DNA of 64,000 nucleotides from Octopus sinensis (Eukaryota). The stretch spans positions 176,266,001 to 176,330,000 of the forward strand of contig NC_042997.1 in assembly GCF_006345805.1 (NCBI RefSeq), given 5' to 3'. This document shows positions 53,962-64,000 of the stretch, in pieces (the stretch's first letter is position 1; each line of letters begins with the position of its first letter). A program made the position numbers and the translations under genes. The notes below the pieces were generated by a model, which was not told where the DNA came from, made no database searches, and saw only the letters and a list, made by a program, of their open reading frames with translations.

Positions 53962-54073
53962 AGTCAACAAAGTTCTGAAAGAGATGGAAGAAAAACAGAA
54001 GTGTGAAAAGCAAGAAACAGAAGACCTTGAGAAGATCATCCAGCAAGTGGAGGCAAATCTTGAGACAACCACC
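53962..54073 (+). CDS. ENTR1: ENTR1 exon 4 (VNKVLKEMEEKQKCEKQETEDLEKIIQQVEANLETTT)
   Basis: tttctag| acceptor; |GTGAGT donor; resembles the vertebrate ENTR1 DLE..VQQVE.NL segment as recalled. Confidence 0.92.
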
Positions 54074-54275
54074 GTGAGTTTACAGGATAAATAGTAATTT
54101 TTACTGGGAAACCCCCAACCACTTTATAATTGTGAGGTTTCTATAATGTAGTGAGAATGAATTACTTATAGATGCCTTCTGCATGAAAAATATTAAATTA
54201 ATATTGATAAGTAGGAATTAAAAAGCATAATTAGAAATAGTTATGCATAGTCATGTCATACAAACGAGTTGTTAT

Positions 54276-54670
54276 AGGTGCAGGAGTGGCTGCGTAGTAA
54301 GTAGCTTGCTTACCAACCACATGATTCCGGGTTCAGTCCCACTGCGTGGCACCTTGGGCAAGTGTCTTCTACTATAGCCTTGGGCCGACCAAAGCTTTGT
54401 GAGTGGATTTGGTAGACGAAAACTGAAAAGAAGCCTGTCGTATATATGTATATATATGAATGTATGTGTGTGTATATGTTTGTCCTCCCAACATCGCTTG
54501 ACAACCAATGCTGATGTTTACATCCTCGTAACTTAGCGGTTTGGCAAAACAGACCGATAGAATAAGTACTAGGCTTACAAAGAATAAGTCCTGGTGTTGA
54601 TTTACTTGACTAAAGACGGTGCTCCAGTATGGCCACAGTCAAATGACTGAAACAAGTAAAAGAGTAAAGT
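54276..54670 (+). mobile_element. SINE family A, full length, ENTR1 intron 4
   Basis: A/B-box head, central (TA/TG)n, tail ...CTGAAACAAGTAAAAGAGTAAAG. Confidence 0.9.
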
Positions 54671-55207
54671 AAAATATTAGTCAATAAATATTTTCTTTTC
54701 TTTTTTTCTCACTAGGGGGAGGCATGGGTGTGTGGCTAAGAAGTTTGCTTTTTGACCATATGGTTTCAGGTTCAATTCCACTATGGGCAAGTATCTTCTA
54801 CTGTTACTCCAGGCTGACCAAAGCCTTGTGAGTAGATTTAGTAGGCAGAATCTGAAAAGCTTGTTGTATATATGTGTTGCCCTTGTTTAGACATGACATG
54901 CTGTTATAAATTAGTGTCGTTGTCATACAAACGAGTTGTTCATTTCCAGTCTCCCATGGGGAAATATTACCTTGCTTGGAAACAAGCAAGGGTTGATGAC
55001 AGGAAGGCATTTGGCCATAGAAAGTCTACCTCAACAAATTCCATGTAACTCTTGCAAGCATGGAAAGTGGACATTAAATGATGGTGGTGATATTTCATGG
55101 AGGAATTCAAAAGCTAATTAGAAATAATTACACAATGAAGAAAAATGATTTTAGTCAATAGTAAATATTTATTTTCCTAATTAGTTTTTTAATGCTCTCA
55201 ATTTTAA

Positions 55208-55830
55208 CCCTTTAGCGTTTTAATTGGCCGGCATCCATGCTAGTGGAGCGCTAAGAGTACCATACGTGCGTGATTGTTGCCAGAGCAACAAGCTGGCCTC
55301 AGTGCCGGTGGCATGTAAAAAAACACCATTCGAGCATGATCGTTACCTGCATTGCCTTACTGGCACGTAAAGAAACATTCAAGCGAGGTCATTGCCAGTG
55401 CCGCTGGACTGGCTCCTGTGCAAGTGGCACATGAAAAGCACCGTTTGAGCGTGGCCGTTGCCAGTACCGCCTGACTGGCACGTAAAAGCACCCACTACAC
55501 TCTCAGAGTGGTTGTCGTTAGGAAGGGCATCCAGCTGTAGAAACTCTGCCAGATCAAATTGGAGTCTGGTGTAGCCATCTGGTTCGCTAGACCTCAGTCA
55601 AATCGTCCAACCCATACTAGCATGGAAAGTGGACGTTAAACAATGATGATATCAGGCCCAAATATTCTACCTGTTTTATGTTCAAACTGGCCAGATCTGG
55701 CCTTCTTACACCTACCTGACAATGTCATTCTAAAAATAAAAAATCACATCATCAAAATCTTAAAGCTATGAGATAATGCATGATTAATTCAAAACAATGT
55801 GAATAAATAAGCATTGTATTTGATAAAAAC
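55208..55830. mobile_element. Probable piggyBac-type MITE (TTAA|CCCTTTAGC...) interrupted by an RTE-tail repeat at about 55228-55650
   Basis: TTAA-CCCTTT left end; non-retroposon sequence resumes after the (GAT)n tail; right end decayed. Confidence 0.5.
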
Positions 55831-55907
55831 ACTAAACTATTGTTTGTCAAGGCAGGTGGTGTCTGTTATTTATGCTTCAAACAATGTTTTTTTTACAACA
55901 ACCAATA

Positions 55908-56399
55908 CCGTAAATCCTTGAGTATAATACGCAGGGGATTTTTAGGGGGATGTACCTCTGAAAAACCTAAACCTTGTGTATAATACGCACCCTTCTCTAA
56001 CTTGAGTCGTGCATAATTAAGCCAGCAGCACCTAGTCGAACAAACACTTCCGTGCATGCGAATTACAGTAATGGTGATGTTCTTAACTGTTATATGGGAA
56101 TGTAAAATATGTTTGCAAATTGTTTTTGTTACATGTTATTCTGTGTTCTGAATACTTTTATTTTAATAAATGTTGTTTACTGCAAGTTATGGATGATTCT
56201 TTTATGACTTCATTGCTTTCAGGCTTAGCTCAAGGCATTTTCACGCCTGACGTCACAAAATGCATCTGAATAAACATTGCCGGACATCAAATAGAGACTC
56301 AGATATTGCTTAGAAAATATTTTTCATTTTTAACCTTGCACTAGGGATTTTGACCTTTAAATTTTGGGGAAAAAATGCGAATTATACTCGGATTTACAG
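55908..56399. mobile_element. Tc1/pogo(Tigger)-like MITE
   Basis: TA|CCGTAAATCCTTGAGTATAATACGCA left TIR vs TGCGAATTATACTCGGATTTACAG|CA right TIR. Confidence 0.7.
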
Positions 56400-56788
56400 C
56401 ATACAATTTTATGCACTTTTCTTAATGATTCTTTCATCATTACATCAGCAAATGCAGTGAAGTCTTTGCTTTCGCAAAGAGGTAATAATAATGTATGGAG
56501 TTGTTTTATGTACTTGCTTAAATAATCGTTCATTCTTTTAAACACCATTTTTTCATGTTATCATGGCTTGGATAGGATTTGAGGATGGATTTTAGAGTTG
56601 AATGCTCTTCCTGTCACCAACTCTTACCTGTTGTTCAATGAAGGGACTTCTTTTTTATATGCATGCACACACACAAATACATATGCATACCACACAGCCA
56701 TGATGTCAATTCACTTTACTCTTTGACAAAAAGAGAAAGTAACCCTTTGTTTCTCAAGAGTGTCAGTAAATCTATTTATTTATTGCAG

Positions 56789-56851
56789 CTTCGTGCAACA
56801 AAAGCAGAATCTATGGTTTCAAAATTAAAACAAGATATGAAATTACTGCAG
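56789..56851 (+). CDS. ENTR1: ENTR1 exon 5 (LRATKAESMVSKLKQDMKLLQ)
   Basis: ttattgcag| acceptor; CAG|GTAATT donor; resembles the ENTR1 RA.KAE..V.KLKQ...LLQ segment. Confidence 0.92.
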
Positions 56852-56934
56852 GTAATTTTTTTTTTTTTTAATTTCACATGTAAAAAAAAAAAAACTTTAT
56901 TCTGGTTATTTATAAAAAAAAGTGCTGATCTCTA

Positions 56935-57702
56935 ACTGTGGAGGGAACCTGTGGTAGAGGTATACCCAGGAAGACAAGTGATGAAGCATGATCTTTGAAC
57001 TTTGAGCCTCACAGAGGCAATGACTAGTGACCAAGACCTTTGGCAATATGCTGTGCTTGAGAAGACATGTCAAGCCAGGTGAAATCGTAGTCGTGGCTGA
57101 TGTTGGTGTCGCGTAACTGGTTGTTTTATGTACTTGCTTAAATAATCGTTCATTCTTTTAAACACCATTTTTTCATGTTATCATGGCTTGGACAGGATTT
57201 GAGGATGGATTTTAGAGTTGAATGCCAGGTGAAATCGTAGTCGTGGCTGATGTTGGTGTCGCGTAACTGGCACCCATGCTGGTGGCACATAAAGAGCACC
57301 CTTGGAGCATTGGACCTCATGGAGGCAAAGTGGCTGAGTTCCTTTTGAGTGTTGGGTCTCACGGAGGCAAAGTGGCTGAGTTCTTTTGGAGCGTTGGGCC
57401 TCACAAAGGCAAAGTGGCTGCGTTCCTTTCGAGCGTTGGTCCTCACAGAGGCAATGACCAAGACCTTTGGCATTATGTTGTGCTTGAGAAGACCTATCAA
57501 GCTGAGCAAAATCACAGTCATGGCAGATACCAGTGGCACATAAAAGCACCCATTACACTCAGAGTGGTTGGCGTTAGGAACGGCATCCAACCGTAAAATA
57601 ACCTTGCCAAATCAGACGAGTCTGGTGCAACCTTCTAGCTTACCAGCCCTGGTCAAACTATCCAACCCATGCCAGCATGAACAACAGACGTTAAATGATG
57701 AC
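56935..57702 (+). mobile_element. RTE LINE 3' end (ORF end ..WQYAVLEKT.. plus 3'UTR), rearranged, with a 42-bp minisatellite
   Basis: Reverse complement of 42900-43060; runs into the family-B tail; about 3.7 copies of a 42-bp unit at 57305-57455. Confidence 0.75.
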
Positions 57703-57868
57703 ATATATATATATATCTTTGTCTTTTTTATATATGTATTAATTTTCTATATATGCAGGTTACTTTTTTTTTTTTTTGTAGACTTAGACCTTTCAGCTTT
57801 TGTCTGAAGATAACAGTTTATGTGACAGTGACAGTTTTCTAATTTACCATTTTTCTGTTATTAACTAG

Positions 57869-58005
57869 AAACAAATACAAACGCTTCAGAAAGAAAATGA
57901 AATATTACAATCTGGAGACTTAGGTACAGCATATCTAAAACAGAAAACATTTTCTGCCTCTGAGCAATTAGCAACAGTTGCAGCTTCTGCTGAACAGTCA
58001 TTAAG
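57869..58005 (+). CDS. ENTR1: ENTR1 exon 6 (KQIQTLQKENEILQSGDLG...AASAEQSLR)
   Basis: ttaactag| acceptor; AG|GTAAGA donor; phase 0 to 2; Q.ENE.L coiled-coil motif. Confidence 0.9.
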
Positions 58006-59296
58006 GTAAGATTCAATGTATTTATATAATGTCTTGACTTCGACCCGAGATTAAATGAAACTGTTTTTAGATGAATGGACACTTTTAGTTTATGTGCTCA
58101 AATTCAACCGTGTTAGTAATGATGCACCTTTATAATTGAAAACATTCAACTATTTATGTCAATCTATTTAATTCTCTCAGACTTGGGTCCGTTGTCTAAC
58201 TTTACCTTTCACCTGGGCTCCTGAGCCAAGCAATAAATAGTTGCATATACAGCTCAAGAGTAATGATTGCAGGCAAACTAATGGAAGAATCACATAAAAA
58301 TCCAGGAGAATAACAATAATAAGCCTTTCGCTTAACTACTGTATTTGAACAGAACCACAAGAAAAAAAAAAAAAAAAAATTCAGAGGGATAACAATAATA
58401 GACCTATCTTTCTCTCCCTATTTTTGTTCACTTGAATTGCTACTTTCCTCATCACTTTCACCAAGTTGATTCTCTTAATCCCTATTATTGCTGACGTAGG
58501 TGTAAACTCCTCGTCCAAAGAATATCTTCAGTAATTTCCTCAACAGCAATGAGTCTAGGCTTTATTCATTTACAATACAAAGTGCTGGATTCATCACATA
58601 CACATTTCATTACAAAACTAACTTTGTTTTTCGATTAAAAACAAAAGTAAAAAGCTATGGGGAACATCATTAACAGTCATAAACACACTTGACTACAAAG
58701 CTGCAATGTGATCACTTGTCTAATTTTAGTATTTTATCTTCTTTTTCTGAGTATTGTTCATAATTGCTTTAGTGCGAATCCATGACAGATGACATTTAAG
58801 TGGTTCCCACTATAGCAGGGATACAGCTTGACAAGGTTAATTTAAAGAGGATTGTTGCACCCAAACAGTGTAAAAGACACAACCTGTTCCAGACAGTTCC
58901 TTTACAGTGGTGTTTCAACATGTTATTAGCCTATTCTCCTGTCCCAGACGCTTGGGATTTGACCTGCTCTGTTGCTGCTGAATTTGTTGTGAGGTGAGGT
59001 ACAAGTGTTAAACTTACAAGTGGTTTAACTTCATTACCTTGTGCCTTCCGAAATACCAAGTGGTTACCAATTTACCAACGTGCCTTCTTTTTGTAAATAA
59101 GAAAAAAAGAGTCAATATTTTTAAGGTTGCTTACTTGTTCCTGACTGGTAGTTTCTGGAAACAAAGAAGGAAATTGTGTTGCACCCAAACAGTGTAAAAG
59201 ATACAACCTGTTCCAGACAGTTCCTTTACAAGATATTACACCTCCATGGTATCATTGATACCAGCAATATTGAGGGAAGGGATAAGTTGATTACAC

Positions 59297-59529
59297 AAGG
59301 CGGCAAGCTGGCAGAAACGTTAGCACGCCGGGCGAAATGCGTAGCCGTATTTCGTCTGCCGTTACGTTCTGAGTTCAAATTCCGTTGAGGTCGACTTTGC
59401 CTTTCATCCTTTCTGGGTTGATAAATTAAGTACCAGTTACGCACTGGGGTCGATGTAATCGACTTAATCCGTTTGTCTGTCCTTGTTTGTCTCCTCTGTA
59501 TTTAGCCCCTTGTGGGTAGTAAAGAAATA
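59297..59529 (+). mobile_element. SINE family C, full length
   Basis: Near-identical to 53596-53826; TSD TGATTACAC. Other copies lie near 49530, 52667, 12700 and 12905. Confidence 0.88.
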
Positions 59530-60082
59530 TGATTACACCAATCCCAGTACTTGGCTAGTATTTTATTTTATTGATCCCTGAGAGAAGAAAAGCAAAGTTG
59601 ATCTTGGCAGGATAGGAACTCAGAGCATAATGAAGAAATGTAGCTAAGCGTTTCATTCAACACTAATAATTCTGCCACTTGCCTCCTGTCTTGTTATGAC
59701 CATGATATTAATGCAAAAACTTGTTTCTGATATTTATACTAATTTTAAAAATGTAGTTTGAGACTTGTAAAATGAACAAAGTTAATTAAAAATACATTAC
59801 ATTAAATATGATTACACCAATCCCAGTACTTGGCTAGTATTTTATTTTATTGATCCCTGAGAGAAGAAAAGCAAAGTTGATCTTGGCAGGATAGGAACTC
59901 AGAGCATAATGAAGAAATGTAGCTAAGCGTTTCATTCAACACTAATAATTCTGCCACTTGCCTCCTGTCTTGTTATGACCATGATATTAATGCAAAAACT
60001 TGTTTCTGATATTTATGACTATTTTTAAAAATGTAGTTTGAGAAATTGTAAAATGAACAAAGTTAATTAAAATAATTACATT
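59525..60082 (+). repeat. Near-perfect tandem duplication, 279-bp unit x2
   Basis: AAATATGATTACACCAATCCCAG... begins at 59525 and again at 59804. Confidence 0.95.
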
Positions 60083-60161
60083 TTTTAGTATTCATAAAAA
60101 AAACTACCTTAAGCTTTTTTTGGATGTAACTAACATGAACTTCTTTCATTTCATTTACTAG

Positions 60162-60270
60162 ACAATTGCTGAGTGGTGTTGATTCTTTGAGAATGCTATC
60201 GGCTGTTTTAGCCTCAGCAGATAAAGTTCAAGAAGAAAGTTGTGATAACAACCAGAAAGGGAACAGTTGA
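60162..60270 (+). CDS. ENTR1: ENTR1 exon 7, terminal (QLLSGVDSLRMLSAVLASADKVQEESCDNNQKGNS*)
   Basis: tttcatttactag| acceptor, phase 2; resembles the ENTR1 C-terminal QL.SG...L helix. The summed CDS is 1242 nt = 413 aa + stop. Confidence 0.9.
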
Positions 60271-60791
60271 AAGAGATGTATGTAAATATAAGCAAAGAAA
60301 GACTTTTGCCACGAGTTGTTCTCACAACAAACTGGTTTCCCCTTCTAAGGTTTATTTTACAAAGGAAATTATGAAAAAAAACTACTTTCAAAATCATTTG
60401 AATATAGTTTGGAAGAAAGATTAAAAAAAAAAAAGGACAAGCTATTGTATAAAGAAAGAAAAAGAATGCAATAACTGATAGGCTGTGAGGATCATGTCTC
60501 TGATTGACTGATAATATATGCTTAAGGGATTTGTCCAAACGTTTTTGTAATTCCATCCTGTCAAAGTGATTCATTTCATTTTTTTTTTTTTACACCCCTG
60601 CCTTTTTATTTTTTGTTAAATTATTACCAACTGTATGAATTATACCACAAACGTATATTTTCTCTTTTATTACATAACTATTGTACCTTATTTTGTTCTT
60701 TGTTGTCTTTTGTTTGTTTTGTTTAAACTACTGTCGTTAAGGGGCTGTTATCACTTAGTATGCAGCAAGATTCCAAAATATTCTATAAAAG

Positions 60792-60916
60792 AAAATTAAC
60801 AAGGAATTACTATAGATTACTGAAGTTATTTTTTAGGTCCTTGAATTAACAAAATTAACAAAGAATTACTATAGATTACTGAAGTTATTTCTTAGGTCCT
60901 TGAATTAACAAAATTA
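60792..60916 (+). repeat. 59-bp tandem repeat x2 in the ENTR1 3' flank
   Basis: AAAATTAACAA.GAATTACTATAGATTACTGAAGTTATTT.TTAGGTCCTTGAATTAAC occurs twice. Confidence 0.95.
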
Positions 60917-61539
60917 TATTACAGCATTTAATAAAATGAACTCCATAAGAAAGTATATTTATTAGTAGAAAAATAAGCCATTTCTTCCTGCTTTTGCTGT
61001 TGCAACTATGAACAGTTATCTGCCTTCTATACCAAGTATTATTTTCTCCTTGCTATATTCTTCAAATATCTCTAAATTGTCAAGCTAATAAAGAAGCCTC
61101 TACTGGTTGATCACCCTACTAGAAATACCAGCCAAATTTCCTTAAATCACACCCTACCATTCTTAAAACATAAAAGACATATTTGTATATATAGAGATAG
61201 ATCTTTGTCTTCAATCATTTCAGATGTTAAAGAAAAAAAAAGCATCAAAAACAAACACAGATTTTTATTTCTGTACTAGTGTTAATTATTGTTTATATAA
61301 AATGTCCTTTTATAATTTTTTTAATTATCTTAGACCATACTGAGTGCACATTATTCAGGTTGGTTCTTTGCTTCTCACTCAAAATTGTAAAGACCTGGCT
61401 GAATGTAAATTGAGAAACCTGAAAAAGAAAATTTTATTTTATAGTTTTTACTTTTATTTGATAATGCTGGCACTAGAAACAGGTTTTTGTTTAGAATACT
61501 GTTTAACACCTTTTCATTTCTAAAATATACTACTTAATT

Positions 61540-61775
61540 TCAGTGGTGTACTTGCCAGGCAAGTGATTTGATCTGAACACGTTGAAACAAAAATAATTCA
61601 AAAACACACAAAGACTGTTAACTTCACTTAGGCATGTATTATTGAGTCAAAATTTGTCACACCAACTACAACCTGGCCATTAATGCAATTCCACTGCACC
61701 TCTGATTTTGTCACCAAATAATAATTGTCTAAGTGAAGTTAACAGCCTTTGTGTATTTTTGAATGATTAACATGT
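61540..61775. mobile_element. Decayed inverted-repeat copy of the 52051-52260 family
   Basis: GTACTTGC..GCAAGTGATTTGATC and AAACACACAAA..TTCACTT match the reverse complement of 52051-52260; arms 61596-61653 and 61705-61764 are inverted. Confidence 0.6.
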
Positions 61776-62590
61776 CTTTTACTGCTTAAGTTTCACTTAA
61801 TTTAGAAAATAATCAAACATTTGAATTTCCATCTAAATTTAGAATTATTTTTATCAAAAAAATTAAGAGACAATCAATCAAAAATAGAATTAAGATGGAA
61901 AAAGCTCATTTACAAGTTTAATCATATTCCTGATAACTGAAACATTTACTATATATTCTTAGGTACAGTAATTTGGTTCAAACTAGTTTCCAAGCTTTAC
62001 AAGTCTGTTACAAATTATTTTCTACACTTAAGCTTTGTTGTCTTTTAAAGAAAAATATTAACCTACAAAACATAACTGAGTGTTATACTGGGAATTTTTT
62101 CAATCCATGATAAAAGAAGCAAGCTTCTAGGGAAGGGTATTTAATGTATGAAACAAAAGGCTAATTTATTCTCTGAAAATCTTTTTTCTTAGCTAAGGAT
62201 AATATGACTGCCAACCACAAATACTGCTTCTTGAAATTTACTTGGCCATAGAATTACAAAGAATGTTGTGGTGGTCACTCAACATGTAAATATAAAAAAT
62301 GCCTTTCGTAGTACAAATTCGATCAACAGCTTTACTTATTTGCTTAATGTTTGTTTTTCCATGTTAGCACAAGTTGGACAAATCAGTAAAAGCAGTATTT
62401 TATAGTCAGATACTCTTCCTGTCACTAACACTTACCTGTTTTTCAAATGGATTTTTAAATATTTTCTTTTGAAAGCATAGCTGCAGGACAATTTATTAGC
62501 AGAAAAAGTCAATGAACATTCACCATTTTCACTCAATGCTTTTCATACAAGGAATATGATCAAACACACATGCATGCTTATATATATGCG

Positions 62591-63000
62591 AAGACCAGTT
62601 GAGGCAAGTGAAATCGAAGTCGAAATCAAATTCGGTGACTGGCATCCGTTGCTAGTGGAGCGCTAATAGTACCATACGAGTGAGATCGTTGCCAGAGCAA
62701 CAACCTGGCCTCCGTGCCGATGGCACGTTAAGCACACCATTCAAGTGTGATCGTTACTGCGTCGCCTTACTAGCACTTGTGCTGGTGGCATGTGAAATAT
62801 TCGAGCGAGGTCGTCGCCAGTGCCACTGGACTGGCTCCTGTGCAGGTGGCACGTAAAAAAGCACCATTTGGGTGTGGCCATTGCCAGTACCACCAAACTG
62901 GCACGTAAAAGCACCCACTACACTCTCGGAGTGGTTGGCATTAAGAAGGGCATCCAGCTGTAGAAACTCTGCCAGATCAGATTGGAGTCTGGTTCACCAT
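62591..63000 (+). mobile_element. Repeat family B, long copy
   Basis: Matches 15070-15574. Confidence 0.85.
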
Positions 63001-63078
63001 CAGTTAAATTATGATGATATATATATTTGCTAATCACAACAAAAGCAGTATTAACTCAAAATAGCATTCTGTATATCT

Positions 63079-63578
63079 TACTTAACTTGGATATACTGTA
63101 GAAAGCCAGAAATTGCAGTATTTGTCTTGAGAAAGAATCTCATGTAGATGTATAGTGCTAAACAGCACGGAAGTATATCAGTAAGCAGACACAAAGTGTC
63201 TAGCAGTGATGATGAAATTGCTAAATCTAGATTTCTTCCTCCTTGAGCATTATCGGTAGCAAATATCAACCACAATTTTAGCCTCTGCTGATAAAAAAAA
63301 ACTGACTGACAAACCACTGGTGTAGCAAATAGCCAGCAAGCTGGGTAAAAATTTGCTATATTTGTGATGTTAGTAATTTGTTCATCACTTTTTCTATATC
63401 AATTTACTGGCTAATGATACTCAAAGAGGCAGAAATCTAGATTTAGCACTTCCACTGCTGCTGGACACTTTGTGTCAGCTACTGATTATGCTTGTGCTTT
63501 TCAGCACTATATGTCTAGATGAGATGCTTTCTTGAGACAAATACCACAATTTTCTGGCTTATATATCCAGATTAAGTA
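63079..63578. repeat. About 500-nt imperfect fold-back (inverted repeat)
   Basis: Arm 63079 to about 63255 pairs with about 63410-63578; inner stem TAGCAAAT..CCAGC AA GCTGG..ATTTGCTA. Confidence 0.9.
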
Positions 63579-64000
63579 GGTCGTTGCCAGTACCGCTGGA
63601 CTGGCTCCTGTGCAGGTGGCACATAAAAGCACCATTTGAGCATGGCCATTGCCAGTACCACCTGAGTGGCACGTAAAAGCACCTACTACACTCTTGGAGT
63701 GGTTGGTGTTAGGAAGGGCATCCAGCTGTAGAAACTCTGCCAGATCAGATTGGAGTCTGGTGCAGACATCTGGTTCGCCAGACCTCAGTCAAATTGTCCA
63801 ACCCATGCTAGCATGGAAAGTGGACGTTAAACGATGATGATGATGATGTATGTTTATATATAAATACAATGGCTTCTACACAATTTCCATCTACCAATTT
63901 CACTACATAGCATTGGCTGGCCCAAGAACAAGTTAGTAACAAAACAAACCCTATATCCACACGTTCTGCCTGTGTCATCAACAAGCATCATTCATTCATT

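Noticed and set aside
57305-57455. CRISPR-like regular repeats
   Set aside because: Whole units repeat with no unique spacers; the context is eukaryotic with no cas genes.
57150-57596. Overlapping ORFs with 14-aa repeats
   Set aside because: They are translations of a 42-bp minisatellite inside LINE-derived sequence.
63201-63223. TAGCA-GTGATGA-T-GAAA-T-TGCTA resembling a hammerhead
   Set aside because: No stem II or III, G3 with G8 cannot pair, and the opposite arm does not keep the motif.

Overview
Eukaryotic, AT-rich, microsatellite- and SINE-dense animal DNA; the repeat families suggest an octopus (inference). It holds two spliced genes on the + strand. (1) The 3' end of an unidentified gene: a phase-2 exon at 2711-2845 splices in frame either to a terminal exon at 8774-9065 or to exons 24255-24368 and 26913-27078. 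(2) A complete 7-exon ENTR1/SDCCAG3 orthologue at 44541-60270 (413 aa, all GT-AG, phases consistent). The rest is tRNA-headed SINEs, RTE/CR1 LINE debris, a dead mariner, non-autonomous piggyBac-, pogo-, Merlin-like and Helitron elements, and a tRNA-Lys(CTT) pseudogene. The most notable signal is a minimal type-I hammerhead ribozyme fold with a swapped G3:C8 core, on the sense strand of ENTR1 intron 2 (52072-52122). It sits in a Penelope-like repeat, a second copy of which forms an inverted-repeat hairpin at about 61.6 kb. Several other long fold-backs occur, the largest about 500 nt at 63079-63578. Most ORFs in the supplied track are spurious. All calls were made by eye, without database searches.
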